A stretch of DNA of 64,000 nt. Source: an uncultured Alphaproteobacteria bacterium. Its GTDB lineage: Bacteria; Pseudomonadota; Alphaproteobacteria; GCA-2731375. A program made the translations under genes and the position numbers. The stretch is taken from contig CATOSZ010000009.1 in assembly GCA_951812805.1 (NCBI GenBank), positions 120,089 to 184,088 on the forward strand, given 5' to 3'. The notes beneath the pieces are model-generated. The model did not search any database and was not told the origin of the DNA. It saw only the letters and a program-made list of their open reading frames with translations. Shown in pieces: positions 10,102 through 19,460 of the stretch; the stretch's first letter is position 1; each line of letters starts with the position of its first letter.

Positions 10102-10901
10102 GCAACGAAGGCTCGATCTGGGGCCGGCCGGACGAAGCGCGTCGCCACGACATGAAACTGCTGGAGCTCGGCCGCGAGACCGGCGATCCACGCCCACGTG
10201 CCATGGCACTCTGGCGCCTCGCCTATCTGCATGGCTTCGCGGGTGACCTGGCGGCGGGCATCGAATACGCCGACGAATCCCTCGCCCTGTCGATCAGCCC
10301 GATCGACCGGCTCTATGCCGAAGCCGCCAGGGCCACCGCCCTCGTTTTCGGCGGCCGGCCGGCGGAGGGCCTCGCCAAACTGGAAGCGATGCGCGACCTC
10401 TCCCTGCGGGGCGAGCTTCGCATGGTCAATTTCCTCGCCGTCGACCTGCCCTACGGCCTCGCCCTGGTCACGACCGGCCGCATGGCGGACGGCGTCGCCT
10501 TCATCGAGGCGGTCCGGGCAAACAGCTTCCAGACCGGCCAGCCGGCCGCGCGAATCTGGGCCGATTATTTTCTCGGCGAGATCTATCTGGAGATGGCGCT
10601 TTCGAAGGCGCGGCCACCGCTCGCCGTGTTGTGGCACAACCTCGGCTTTCTGTTGCGGACGGCGCCGCGCGCCGCGCGCCTCGCGACCGCGAAGTTCAAC
10701 GACACGATCGAGGTCGCCCGGGCGCACGACCTGGCGTCGCTGCTCGCCCTCAGCCTGTTCGGCCTCGGCCGGCTCGACGCCGCGGCCAAGCGCGGGCGCG
10801 AGGCCAGGGCGACATTCGACGAGGCGCGCGGGATCGCGGCGCGGATCGAGGCCGAGGACCTGGCGGGGACCATCGACGCGGCCATTCGCGAACTCGGGTG
10901 A
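10102..10901 (+). pseudogene. 5'-truncated TPR/helical-repeat region, probably the C-terminus of a large cyclase/ATPase-type regulator
   Basis: Host-like GC coding frame starts right at the IS end; TPR-like A/L/G helices; the track's start ATG (10089) lies inside the IS terminal repeat. Confidence 0.6.
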
Positions 10902-10944
10902 TATATCCGGGCAACGGCAACCGGAAGAGAGGGAGGGCGAGAGC

Positions 10945-11850
10945 ATGGCGAACCTGACATGGGAGATCGGCGCGGTCCGCATCACTTGCATCGTCGAGCA
11001 GGAAGCACTGCGCCAGCCCCAGTTCGGCTACCGCAACCTGACGACGGAAATGATCCAGGGGCAGGATTGGCTTCGCCCCCACTTCGCGACCGAGGCCGGT
11101 GAGTTGAGGAGCAACATCCAGGCCTTCGTCGTCGAGTCCCAAGGCCGGCGCATCGTCGTCGACACCTGTGTCGGCAACGACAAGAAGCGCGGCAATCCGG
11201 CCTGGAACGAGATGCAGGTGCCGTTCCTCGAGGACCTGGCGGCGGCCGGCTTCGCACGCGAGAGCATCGATACCGTGCTCTGCACCCATCTGCATGTCGA
11301 TCATGTCGGCTGGAACACCATGCTAGTCGACGGCGCGTGGGTGCCAACCTTCCCCAACGCCCGCTATCTCTTCGGACGTGAGGAATGGGCGCACTGGTCG
11401 AAGGAAACGGCGAGCGAGGTCGGCGGCGACATGGACCCCGAAGTGGTCGAGGCGTTGATCGAATGCCCGGCCGTCAACGCCGATTCGATCCGCCCCGTCA
11501 TCGACGCCGGCCTGCACGAGCTGGTCGAAATGGACCACCGGGTCACCGAGGAGGTCCGCCTGGAGCCGACGCCCGGCCACACGCCGGGCCACGTCAGCGT
11601 CACCATCACCTCCGGCGGCGCGCGCGCCGTCATCACCGGCGACCTGATGCACCATCCGATCCAATGCGCCTTGCCGCACGTCTCCTCGAAGTTCGACCAC
11701 GATGTGGCGCATGCCCGCGAGACCCGTAAGGCGTTCCTGGAACGCTATGGCGACAGCGACGTGACGGTCATCGGCACCCACTTCGCGGCACCCACCGGCG
11801 GACGCCTGGTGAAAGCCGGCGAGGGCTGGCACCTCTCAGGGGAGGGTTAG
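10945..11850 (+). CDS. Metallo-beta-lactamase-fold hydrolase
   Basis: THLHVDHVGWN, TPGHTPGH, GDLMH and GTHF motifs; GGAGG RBS upstream. Confidence 0.9.
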   Translation: MANLTWEIGAVRITCIVEQEALRQPQFGYRNLTTEMIQGQDWLRPHFATEAGELRSNIQAFVVESQGRRIVVDTCVGNDKKRGNPAWNEMQVPFLEDLAAAGFARESIDTVLCTHLHVDHVGWNTMLVDGAWVPTFPNARYLFGREEWAHWSKETASEVGGDMDPEVVEALIECPAVNADSIRPVIDAGLHELVEMDHRVTEEVRLEPTPGHTPGHVSVTITSGGARAVITGDLMHHPIQCALPHVSSKFDHDVAHARETRKAFLERYGDSDVTVIGTHFAAPTGGRLVKAGEGWHLSGEG

Positions 11851-11857
11851 AGCCGCG

Positions 11858-12100
11858 TCAGGCGGCGGCGAAGAGGCCGTCGATATCACCGGCAGGGGTC
11901 GGATCACTGAACAGTTCGGAGAAAGCGTTCGCTGCGGCGCGCGGCGGTGCGACATGGGCGAGCGCGTTGCGCAGGATGGCGTCGGTGCCCTCCGCGCTCA
12001 ACAACCCGTCGCTGCGCAGGCGTACCATCAGCTTGCCGATCATCGCCGATGTGCCGGCGCCGATCGGCGGCATCTTCGTGTTTGCGTCCATCGGTCCCAT
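11858..12100 (-). CDS. Small hypothetical protein (about 80 aa)
   Basis: Fills the gap between genes, plausible helical composition; no family recognised. Confidence 0.4.
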   Translation of the reverse strand: MGPMDANTKMPPIGAGTSAMIGKLMVRLRSDGLLSAEGTDAILRNALAHVAPPRAAANAFSELFSDPTPAGDIDGLFAAA

Positions 12101-12211
12101 CCCGCGAATCACCCCGATACAGGGTGCGTGACCTGTCTTCCCGAGTCTATCTAAGCGTCGGGAGTTTGCCAATTGGTTAATGCGCGCGTGACTCGAAAAC
12201 CACAATTCGTT

Positions 12212-12895
12212 TCAGCGCGCGATCAACCCACCGGTGAGCGTGGCCCGCTCGGAAAGTTCGATCCAGTTTCCGTCCGGATCGCGCACGAAGGAATAGCGCA
12301 CCACGTCGCCGAGGGTGCGGGGCGGGCGGCCTTCCGTGCCGCCGCCGGCCAGCACCCGGGCATGCGCAGAATCGCAATCGTCGATCTGCAGCGTAAGATA
12401 GCGCAGACCCAATCCCGCCAGCGCCCCTACCGCCGGCGCGGCCGGGTCCGCCTCGAGCCAGATCTCGGATTCACCAAGGCGCAGCCGGCCCTCGCCCTTG
12501 TCGGCGAAGCCGAGCGCCTCGACGTAGAAGTCACGGCTGGCGACCGCATCGCGGGCCCGCAAGCGAAGCGCCAGATTACGGATATCCTCCGCGCCCATGG
12601 GCACCAGGCGAACGGCGTTACCGTCGGGATCGCGAAGCTCGCGCGGCGCGGCCAGGTCGGTGCGCGCGATCACCAGGCCGACCATCCCGCTCGGCGCCGC
12701 CGCGGACAGGGAATTGCGGGCATGGTTTACCTTGAGGATCGAGCCGTTGCAGTGATGGCGCAGCTGATGCACCCCACCCCCCAGCTTGCCGAGATGGTCG
12801 AATTCCAACCCCACCTCGCCCTGCCAGAAGTCGAGCTGCGCCTGGCGCCGGTTGGTATAGAGGCCGATGTCGATGGCCGGCTTGGTCACTCGCAT
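12212..12895 (-). CDS. Two-domain VOC/glyoxalase family protein
   Basis: Two VOC repeats: DIGL...FW, DPDGNAV and FY.EALG...DPDGNWIEL. Confidence 0.8.
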   Translation of the reverse strand: MRVTKPAIDIGLYTNRRQAQLDFWQGEVGLEFDHLGKLGGGVHQLRHHCNGSILKVNHARNSLSAAAPSGMVGLVIARTDLAAPRELRDPDGNAVRLVPMGAEDIRNLALRLRARDAVASRDFYVEALGFADKGEGRLRLGESEIWLEADPAAPAVGALAGLGLRYLTLQIDDCDSAHARVLAGGGTEGRPPRTLGDVVRYSFVRDPDGNWIELSERATLTGGLIAR

Positions 12896-12912
12896 GGTCT
12901 TGGCCGCCTTCC

Positions 12913-13530
12913 TCAGTCGTCGTCGATCAAACCGGCGCCGGCACCCCGGGCGCGGGACTGCGCGCTCGCAGGAACATGGGTTCGGCGCACGAACTCCTGC
13001 AATCGCGCCCACGACGCGTCTGCGACCTCGATACCCGCCGCGGCGCGCGCGCCCAGCGTCCCGCGAGCGGCCAGAAGCGGCAGTTCGCCCGCGCCTTCGT
13101 CGAAACTCACCGTCATCTCCCACGCTTCGCGGACGTCGAGGCGATCGGCATACAGGCCCTCCGCGCAAACGCGCGCCACCGTGCCGAGGGACACGACGCC
13201 AACGAAGTCGGCCCGAAGCGCGGCGGGGACGAAATAGATCGCGCCGAGCGCCCGGAAGGGCGGCGGGCCGGGAAACCCGGCGCGGGCGAGGTCGATCACG
13301 CTCTCGGCCGCGAGCGGCGCTGCGAGCGGCCTGGTATCGCTTGGATCGAGGGCGGCATCCCCCGCGGCGAAGGCGGCCAGAGCGGCGGCGAGCGGATCGC
13401 ACCAGGGCAGGCCCCAGGCGGCGAGGCGGCGGGCGGCGAGCGCCGCGTCCTCGGCCGCCCCCTCCGGCGCGCCGGCGCCGCGCGCGGCATCGCGGACCTT
13501 GCTCTGGACCTCGTTGAGGGAGAGGCGCAT
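12913..13530 (-). CDS. DUF3726-like protein
   Basis: MRLSLNEV...AARGAG...G.AED start and SRARGAGAGLIDDD end, as recalled for DUF3726. Confidence 0.7.
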   Translation of the reverse strand: MRLSLNEVQSKVRDAARGAGAPEGAAEDAALAARRLAAWGLPWCDPLAAALAAFAAGDAALDPSDTRPLAAPLAAESVIDLARAGFPGPPPFRALGAIYFVPAALRADFVGVVSLGTVARVCAEGLYADRLDVREAWEMTVSFDEGAGELPLLAARGTLGARAAAGIEVADASWARLQEFVRRTHVPASAQSRARGAGAGLIDDD

Positions 13531-13534
13531 CGGC

Positions 13535-15220
13535 TCAGCCTTCCGGCGGGACGGCGAAGGTGGGGGTCTCGGCGCTTTCCGGCGTCAGGCCTTCCGGCGT
13601 CGGCGCGCCCTGGAAGAGGGCGATCCGGGTCCAGCGGTCCGACTTCGGATCGAACTTCGAAGCCCCGAAGAAGGCGAGCTTGCAGCGCAGCATGTCGATG
13701 GGGCGCATGTCGGCGGCGATCAGGTTGTCGCGGATCTCGGCATAGGGGCGATGCGCCGCGCTCTGGACACGGCGAACGATGTGGCGGTGTTCGGGCCGGC
13801 GCAGCAGGAAGGCGGCCACCCGCTCGTCGGCATCCGAACCGTCGAGGGCGTCGGCCAGGGCCCGGACGTCGCGGGCGACATGCAGCGGTCGTTCCCGCTC
13901 CGCGCCCGGCTCCTCGGAACGTTCGCCGAGGCGCGGCTCCAGCTTTTCCTCCGAGACATACCAGAACCGGGCCTGCGCCTCGGGCGCGTCGAAGTCGATA
14001 TCGAGGGCCCAGGCGTAGTCGCGCCGCAGCAACGCCCGAAGCGCGCCGAGCATCATCGCGGGCTCGATCGCCGGGGCGTCGTCGCTCGCCATCTCTTCGC
14101 CGAGCGTGTCGATCAAATCGCCATACGGCTCCAGCATCAGCGCCAGGATCAGCTCCTCGCATTCGAGCCCATGGCCGGCGGCCCGGTCCGCCAGGGCGCC
14201 CCACGGGTCGGGTCCGGCGAGCAACGCCGGCGCCGCCGCCTCGATCTCGGGCAAGGCGGCTTCGAGCTCGGCGATGCGGGCGGCCTGGATCTCGTCGGCC
14301 ACCCGCCAGGAGGCGACATGGGCGCGCACCCGGCACAACACGTCCAGGAAGTACGCCACCTCCGCCGCCGCCGCCCGCGGCAGGGCGCGGACCCGGGCGA
14401 TCGCCGTCTCCCGCGCGCGGAACCAGTTGTGGATCAAAATCGGATGGCTGTGCAGGAAGGGCGCCATGCCGAGGCCGGTCGCGTTGCCGACGCCGAGATA
14501 GCGCCGCCATTCGGGCGCCAGCGCCGCCGCGCGCGCCCCGCCGCGCGCCTGCGCGCAATGATCCAGCAGGTCGAAGGTAAAGCTGCGGATCAGCCAGACC
14601 GTCAGCATCTCCGCCTGAAAGGGCGGCCGGAACTCGGGCCGGCCCGCGATCCGGTCACGATCCGCCAGACCGAACTTGCCGTTACCGTAGACCGCCGTGG
14701 TTCGCATCAAATAGCCGACCGAGGCGAGCATTGCAGACGAGGGCTGTCGGCCCTCGGCCAGTTCCGCAACGGCGTGCGCGAACAGGCGGACCGACTTGTT
14801 GGCGCGGGAGATCACCAGCTCGCTTCCCCGGTAGCGTCCCGCCTCCTGCAGCGGCGCATGCTCCGCCAGATGGACAATGTCCGCGTCGTCCGGCACTCCG
14901 TCGAAGAGGGCGAAGGAGGCGTCCCACTCCTCCGCGATCACCCGGTCCGTGCGCTTTGCGGGATCCAGGTGGCGGGAAAAACAGACCAGGGAATAGCATC
15001 GCGCCGGCCCATCGATACGGTAGACGGCCGTCCCGTAACCATCGCCGTCCATCTCCCAACGCGGCCGGGTGACGTGCCAGCCTTCGCCCGCCAGCCGGCG
15101 CAGCAGAATGCGAAGAAAGCTCAACCGGGTCGGAAAGGCGGCGCCCATGCGCCTGAGTCGCATGACCTCCGCCGGCGCGCGAAGTATCGGTTCTCCCGGG
15201 GGCGGTACCTGCGTCGTCAT
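13535..15220 (-). CDS. Hypothetical protein (561 aa), probable enzyme
   Basis: Long ORF with GGAGG RBS and motif-like blocks (RTTAVYGNGKFG, GVGNATGLGMAPF, FFGASKFDPKSDRW); no family assignable. Confidence 0.8.
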   Translation of the reverse strand: MTTQVPPPGEPILRAPAEVMRLRRMGAAFPTRLSFLRILLRRLAGEGWHVTRPRWEMDGDGYGTAVYRIDGPARCYSLVCFSRHLDPAKRTDRVIAEEWDASFALFDGVPDDADIVHLAEHAPLQEAGRYRGSELVISRANKSVRLFAHAVAELAEGRQPSSAMLASVGYLMRTTAVYGNGKFGLADRDRIAGRPEFRPPFQAEMLTVWLIRSFTFDLLDHCAQARGGARAAALAPEWRRYLGVGNATGLGMAPFLHSHPILIHNWFRARETAIARVRALPRAAAAEVAYFLDVLCRVRAHVASWRVADEIQAARIAELEAALPEIEAAAPALLAGPDPWGALADRAAGHGLECEELILALMLEPYGDLIDTLGEEMASDDAPAIEPAMMLGALRALLRRDYAWALDIDFDAPEAQARFWYVSEEKLEPRLGERSEEPGAERERPLHVARDVRALADALDGSDADERVAAFLLRRPEHRHIVRRVQSAAHRPYAEIRDNLIAADMRPIDMLRCKLAFFGASKFDPKSDRWTRIALFQGAPTPEGLTPESAETPTFAVPPEG

Positions 15221-15279
15221 GTCCCCTCCCTCCGGTACCAGCGGCGTACCCTAATGGCGAAAGGGGGGAATGGAAACGA

Positions 15280-16185
15280 CTAACCGCCGGGGGGCCGCAT
15301 ATAGGCTTCTTCCTCGATCCGCGTCGCCACATGCGCGCGCAGCCGGTCGACGAAGGCCTCGGCGACGGGCGAACGACTTTCCCCCCGGCGCCCATGAACG
15401 CCGACGGGGCGGAGCAGCGCCTTGCCCGAAATCCTGACCCGGACCAGGTCCGGCTCCTCCCGCGGCAGCGAAAGCTGGGGCAGCAGGGTCACGCCCACAT
15501 TGCGCCGCACCAGCGCCAGCAGCGAGGCCATGTTGTGCACCATCAATCGGCTGCCCGCTGCCAGGGCCTGAAATCGCGGGTCTTCCATGCGGGCGGAAGC
15601 GCCGTTCGCGATCAGGGTCTGGCCGGCGATCTCGTCCCATTCGACGCACTCGCGTGTCGCGAGGGGCGAGGTCCGGCCGCAAACCAGGACGAAACGATCC
15701 TCGAACAAGGGCTCGAAAGTGATGGCCTCGCGCGCCTGGGGTGTGCCGGCGATGGCGACGTCGACCTCGCCGGCGAGCAACGCGCCCTCGATCGAGGTCG
15801 TGTCGATATCGCGGATGTCGAGATGGATCTGCGGATGGGTATCGGTGAAGGCGTCGACCATGCCGGGCAGCAGATAGGCCGCGACCGAGGGCACGCAGGC
15901 GATGTCGAGGCGCCCGATTTCGCCGTCGGCATAGGCGCGGATGTCGTCCACCGCCGCGTCGTAGCGCCGAAGCCCGGCCGCGGCCCGCGCGAAGGTATGC
16001 CGGCCGAGCGCGGTCAAATCGGACTTGCGGTCGCGTTCGAACAGCTTTCCGCCGAGCGCGGCTTCGAGCTGCTTCAACGCCATGGAGACGGCGGAGGGCC
16101 CTCGCCCAAGACGCCGCGCCGCGGCGGAAATGTTGCCCGCCTCGGCCACGGCAACGAAGGCGCGAAGACTTGTCTGGGTAATCAT
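15280..16185 (-). CDS. LysR-type transcriptional regulator
   Basis: LRAFVAVAEAGNISAAARRL...SAVS..LKQLE HTH plus substrate-binding domain. Confidence 0.95.
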   Translation of the reverse strand: MITQTSLRAFVAVAEAGNISAAARRLGRGPSAVSMALKQLEAALGGKLFERDRKSDLTALGRHTFARAAAGLRRYDAAVDDIRAYADGEIGRLDIACVPSVAAYLLPGMVDAFTDTHPQIHLDIRDIDTTSIEGALLAGEVDVAIAGTPQAREAITFEPLFEDRFVLVCGRTSPLATRECVEWDEIAGQTLIANGASARMEDPRFQALAAGSRLMVHNMASLLALVRRNVGVTLLPQLSLPREEPDLVRVRISGKALLRPVGVHGRRGESRSPVAEAFVDRLRAHVATRIEEEAYMRPPGG

Positions 16186-16197
16186 GGATTCTCCGAT

Positions 16198-16212
16198 TTC
16201 AGAATAACTGAA
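16198..16212. promoter_or_regulatory. LysR T-N11-A recognition box
   Basis: TTCAG-AATAA-CTGAA dyad in the AT-rich divergent spacer, 12 bp upstream of the lysR start codon. Confidence 0.7.
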
Positions 16213-16284
16213 TTACGTTACAGAAATTTTAATTTGAATGAAACAGGTCCCCGCGGCTATGAACGCCTGTTGCCATAATGAAGG

Positions 16285-17283
16285 GTGGGGACAACAGGCG
16301 TGTTTTTCATCGACTGCCTGCAATACAGCGCGTGGTCCGAAACGATCTTCCGCCAGATGAACGCGGGAGGCGTCGTCGCCGTCCACGCCACCATCGCCTA
16401 TCACGAGAGCTTCCGGGAAACCGTCGCGAACTTCTCCGCCTGGAACGAGCGCTTTCAACGCCATAGCGACCTGATCCTGCCCGGCCGAAACGCCGCCGAC
16501 GTCGAGACGGCGCGCCAAAGCGGGCGGACGGCGATTTTCCTCGGCTTCCAGAACCCCTCGCCCATCGAGGACGACATCGCGCTGGTGGAGATCTGCCACC
16601 AGCTCGGCGCCCGCTTCATGCAGCTTTCGTACAACAACCAGAGTCTGCTGGCGACGGGCTGCTACGAGGCCGAGGATCCGGGCATCACCCGCATGGGCCG
16701 CGAGGTGATCGCCGAGATGAACCGGGTCGGCCTGGTCGTCGACATGAGCCATTCGGCCGAACGCTCGACGCTCGAGGCGATCGAGATCTCCGGCCGACCG
16801 ATCACCATCACCCACGCCAACCCGAAGGCCTGGCATCCCGCATTGCGCAACAAGTCGGACGACGTGCTGCGCGCGCTGGCGGAAAGCGGCGGCATGCTCG
16901 GCTTCTCGCTCTACCCCCACCATCTGAAAGACGGCCCGGCTTGCACGCTCACCGCGTTTTGCGAGATGATCGCGCGGACGGCCGAGCTGATGGGCCCCGC
17001 GCGCATCGGTTTCGGCAGCGATCTCTGCCAGGACCAGCCCGATAGCATCGTCGAATGGATGCGCAACGGGCGTTGGACCCGCAATCGCGACTACGGCGAG
17101 GGCAGTGCCGCCAATCCGGGTTTTCCACCGCAGCCGAGTTGGTTTCGCGACAACCGAGACTGGCCGGCAATCGCCGACGGCTTGGGCGCCGTCGGCTTCA
17201 GTCCAAGCGAGGTTGCCGGCATCTGCGGCGGCAACTGGCTGGACTTTTACGACGCCGCCTTCGGTCCGGCCGGGGCGGCTTGA
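16285..17283 (+). CDS. Membrane-dipeptidase (M19) family amidohydrolase
   Basis: QLSYNNQS...GCYE, EMNRVGLVVDMSH, THAN...RNKSD, GFGSD; alternative GTG start at 16300. Confidence 0.88.
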   Translation: MGTTGVFFIDCLQYSAWSETIFRQMNAGGVVAVHATIAYHESFRETVANFSAWNERFQRHSDLILPGRNAADVETARQSGRTAIFLGFQNPSPIEDDIALVEICHQLGARFMQLSYNNQSLLATGCYEAEDPGITRMGREVIAEMNRVGLVVDMSHSAERSTLEAIEISGRPITITHANPKAWHPALRNKSDDVLRALAESGGMLGFSLYPHHLKDGPACTLTAFCEMIARTAELMGPARIGFGSDLCQDQPDSIVEWMRNGRWTRNRDYGEGSAANPGFPPQPSWFRDNRDWPAIADGLGAVGFSPSEVAGICGGNWLDFYDAAFGPAGAA

Positions 17284-17356
17284 GCTACCGGGCTTACTTC
17301 CGGGCTTGCCATGTTTGTGTAGCAGGACTTTGACCCGAAAAAAGGGAGAAACGGGT

Positions 17357-18328
17357 ATGAAACGATTTGTTCTGGGCGTCATCGGCCTCGCCGCCGGCGC
17401 CAGCATGCTGTCTTCGGCCGCGCAGGCCGAGTGCGGCGAAGTGACCATCACGGAGATGAACTGGGCCTCCTCGGCGGTCATCACCGCGGCCGCCAAGTTC
17501 ATCATGGAGCAAGGCTACGGCTGCAAGGTCGTCAAGGTACCGTCCGCGACGCTGCCCGCCGTGACCTCGATCGCGGAAACCGGCAAGCCCGACATCGCCA
17601 CCGAAATCTGGCTGAACTCGGCGCCGGTCTACCGCGACCTGGAGAAGGCCGGCAAGGTCAAGACCGCCACCAACGTGCTCTCCGATGGCGGCGAGGAAGG
17701 CTGGTGGGTACCGAAGTACCTCGTCGAAAAGCACCCGGAACTCGCCAAGATCGAGGGCGTGCTGGCCAATCCGAAGCTGGTCGGCAGCCAGTTCCACAAC
17801 TGTCCGGTCGGCTGGGGCTGCCGGGTCGCCAACGACAACCTGAAGGTCGCCTTCGACCTCGAGGGTAACGGCATCAAGGTCTTCGACCATGGCTCCGGCG
17901 AGACGCTGGCGACCTCGATCGCAGCGGCCTATGCGGACAAGAAGCCCTGGTTCGGCTACTACTGGGCGCCGACCTCGGTTCTGGGCAAATACCCGATGGT
18001 AAAGGTCGACATGGGCCCGTACGTGGCCGACATCCACAGCTGCAATCAGAAGAAGGATTGCACCACGCCCGGCAAATCCGCCTATCCGACGGCGACGGTG
18101 CTGACCGCGGTCACCACCGACTTCGCCAAGCGCCAACCGGAGATCGAGGCGCTGATGACCAAGGTCACGTTCACCAACGCGATCATGGGTGAAGTTCTCG
18201 CCTGGCAGGAAGAGAACAAGGCCTCGCCCGACGAGACGGCGGTCTACTTCCTGAACAAGTACAAGAACGTGTGGGGCGGCTGGCTCAGCGCCGACGCCAA
18301 GAAGAAGCTCGCCCCGCTGCTGAAGTAG
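17357..18328 (+). CDS. Betaine/proline-type (ProX/OpuAC) ABC substrate-binding protein
   Basis: Signal peptide, EMNWAS, GYGC, CPVGWGC, YYWAP. Confidence 0.88.
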   Translation: MKRFVLGVIGLAAGASMLSSAAQAECGEVTITEMNWASSAVITAAAKFIMEQGYGCKVVKVPSATLPAVTSIAETGKPDIATEIWLNSAPVYRDLEKAGKVKTATNVLSDGGEEGWWVPKYLVEKHPELAKIEGVLANPKLVGSQFHNCPVGWGCRVANDNLKVAFDLEGNGIKVFDHGSGETLATSIAAAYADKKPWFGYYWAPTSVLGKYPMVKVDMGPYVADIHSCNQKKDCTTPGKSAYPTATVLTAVTTDFAKRQPEIEALMTKVTFTNAIMGEVLAWQEENKASPDETAVYFLNKYKNVWGGWLSADAKKKLAPLLK

Positions 18329-18416
18329 GCGGGGACGCGACGAAGCCTCGGGGGGTGTCCGCCGGCGCCCCCCGCCAGGCCGTTCTTCGGCTCCAACCGG
18401 CGGAAGGGTGACGGCG

Positions 18417-19448
18417 ATGGCGACCTATGAAGGTCTGTTTGACGGCATGGGCCTGCGCGCGTGGTGCGACGACGGCGCCAAGGACGGCCCGATGACCATG
18501 AGCGAGCTGCTGGCAAAGGCCAAGGGCGGCGAGCTCGACACCGCCTGGTACGACGTGCCCTTCCCCTCGCTCGACAATCTGCACGCCGCCTGCAAGGCCG
18601 TGCCGCGCACCCGCGACATGACCAGCGGCGTCGAACAGGCCTTCCTCGACGTGAAGGCGGCGCTGCAATTCGTTCTCGACCCGCTGACCCAGCCGTTGAG
18701 CTGGCTGCTCGACGGCTCGCTGTTTCTGTTCGGCGCGATCCCCTGGTGGGTGCTGCTCCCGCTGATTCTGGTCGCCGTCTTCGCGGTTTCCCGATCCCTC
18801 GGGGTGACGCTCTTCGTCGCCGTCTCGTTCCTCTTTCTGAGCTTCATCGATCATTATTCCTATTCGGTCCAGACCCTCTCGATCATCTTCGTCTGTACGG
18901 TGCTGAGCGTGCTGTTCGGCGTGCCGATCGGCATTGCCATGTCGAAGAGCGATGGCCTCCAGCGGGGCATGATCCCGATCCTGGACATGCTGCAGACCCT
19001 GCCGTCCTTCGTCTATTTGATCCCCTTGATCTTCCTGTTCTCGATCACGGAATCCAAGCTCTACGGCATCGCCATCATCCTCTATGCGATCGTGCCGGTG
19101 ATCCGCCTCACCGACCTCGGCATCCGCCTGGTCGATCGCGACGTGATCGAAGCGGCGGACGCTTTCGGCATGAACGCCCGACAGAAGCTGTTCGGGGTCG
19201 AGATCCCGCTGGCCTTGCCCAACATCATGGCCGGCGTGAACCAGACCATCATGATGGCGCTGGCCATGGTGGTGATCGCGTCGCTGGTCTCGGCGCCCGG
19301 CCTCGGCGTGCTGGTGCTGCGCGGCATCCGCAACCTGGAGCTGGGCGTCGGCCTGGTCTCGGGCGTCTGCATCGTGCTGCTGGCGGTGATCCTCGACCGG
19401 GTCTCGAAAGCATCCCTATCGCGCATCAACGCGTCGCAAAAGAGTTAG
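18417..19448 (+). CDS. Betaine-type ABC permease (ProW-like)
   Basis: LDMLQTLPSFVYLIP, EAA.AFG loop, IMAGVNQTIMMAL. Confidence 0.92.
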   Translation: MATYEGLFDGMGLRAWCDDGAKDGPMTMSELLAKAKGGELDTAWYDVPFPSLDNLHAACKAVPRTRDMTSGVEQAFLDVKAALQFVLDPLTQPLSWLLDGSLFLFGAIPWWVLLPLILVAVFAVSRSLGVTLFVAVSFLFLSFIDHYSYSVQTLSIIFVCTVLSVLFGVPIGIAMSKSDGLQRGMIPILDMLQTLPSFVYLIPLIFLFSITESKLYGIAIILYAIVPVIRLTDLGIRLVDRDVIEAADAFGMNARQKLFGVEIPLALPNIMAGVNQTIMMALAMVVIASLVSAPGLGVLVLRGIRNLELGVGLVSGVCIVLLAVILDRVSKASLSRINASQKS

Positions 19449-19460
19449 GAAGGCCGGCAG

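Noticed and set aside
10198-10944. N-terminal 249 aa of the 550-aa track ORF
   Set aside because: Arg/Pro/Ser-rich off-frame read of the TPR remnant; the MBL hydrolase starts at 10945 with its own RBS, so this is not a real fusion.
12165-12180. Possible CtrA box (minus strand TTAA-CCAATTG-GCAA) upstream of the small ORF
   Set aside because: Two mismatches in the second half-site; only a half-site is supported.
18340-18385. GC-rich stem-loop after the substrate-binding protein gene
   Set aside because: Ordinary intercistronic stabiliser typical of ABC operons; no riboswitch features recognised.
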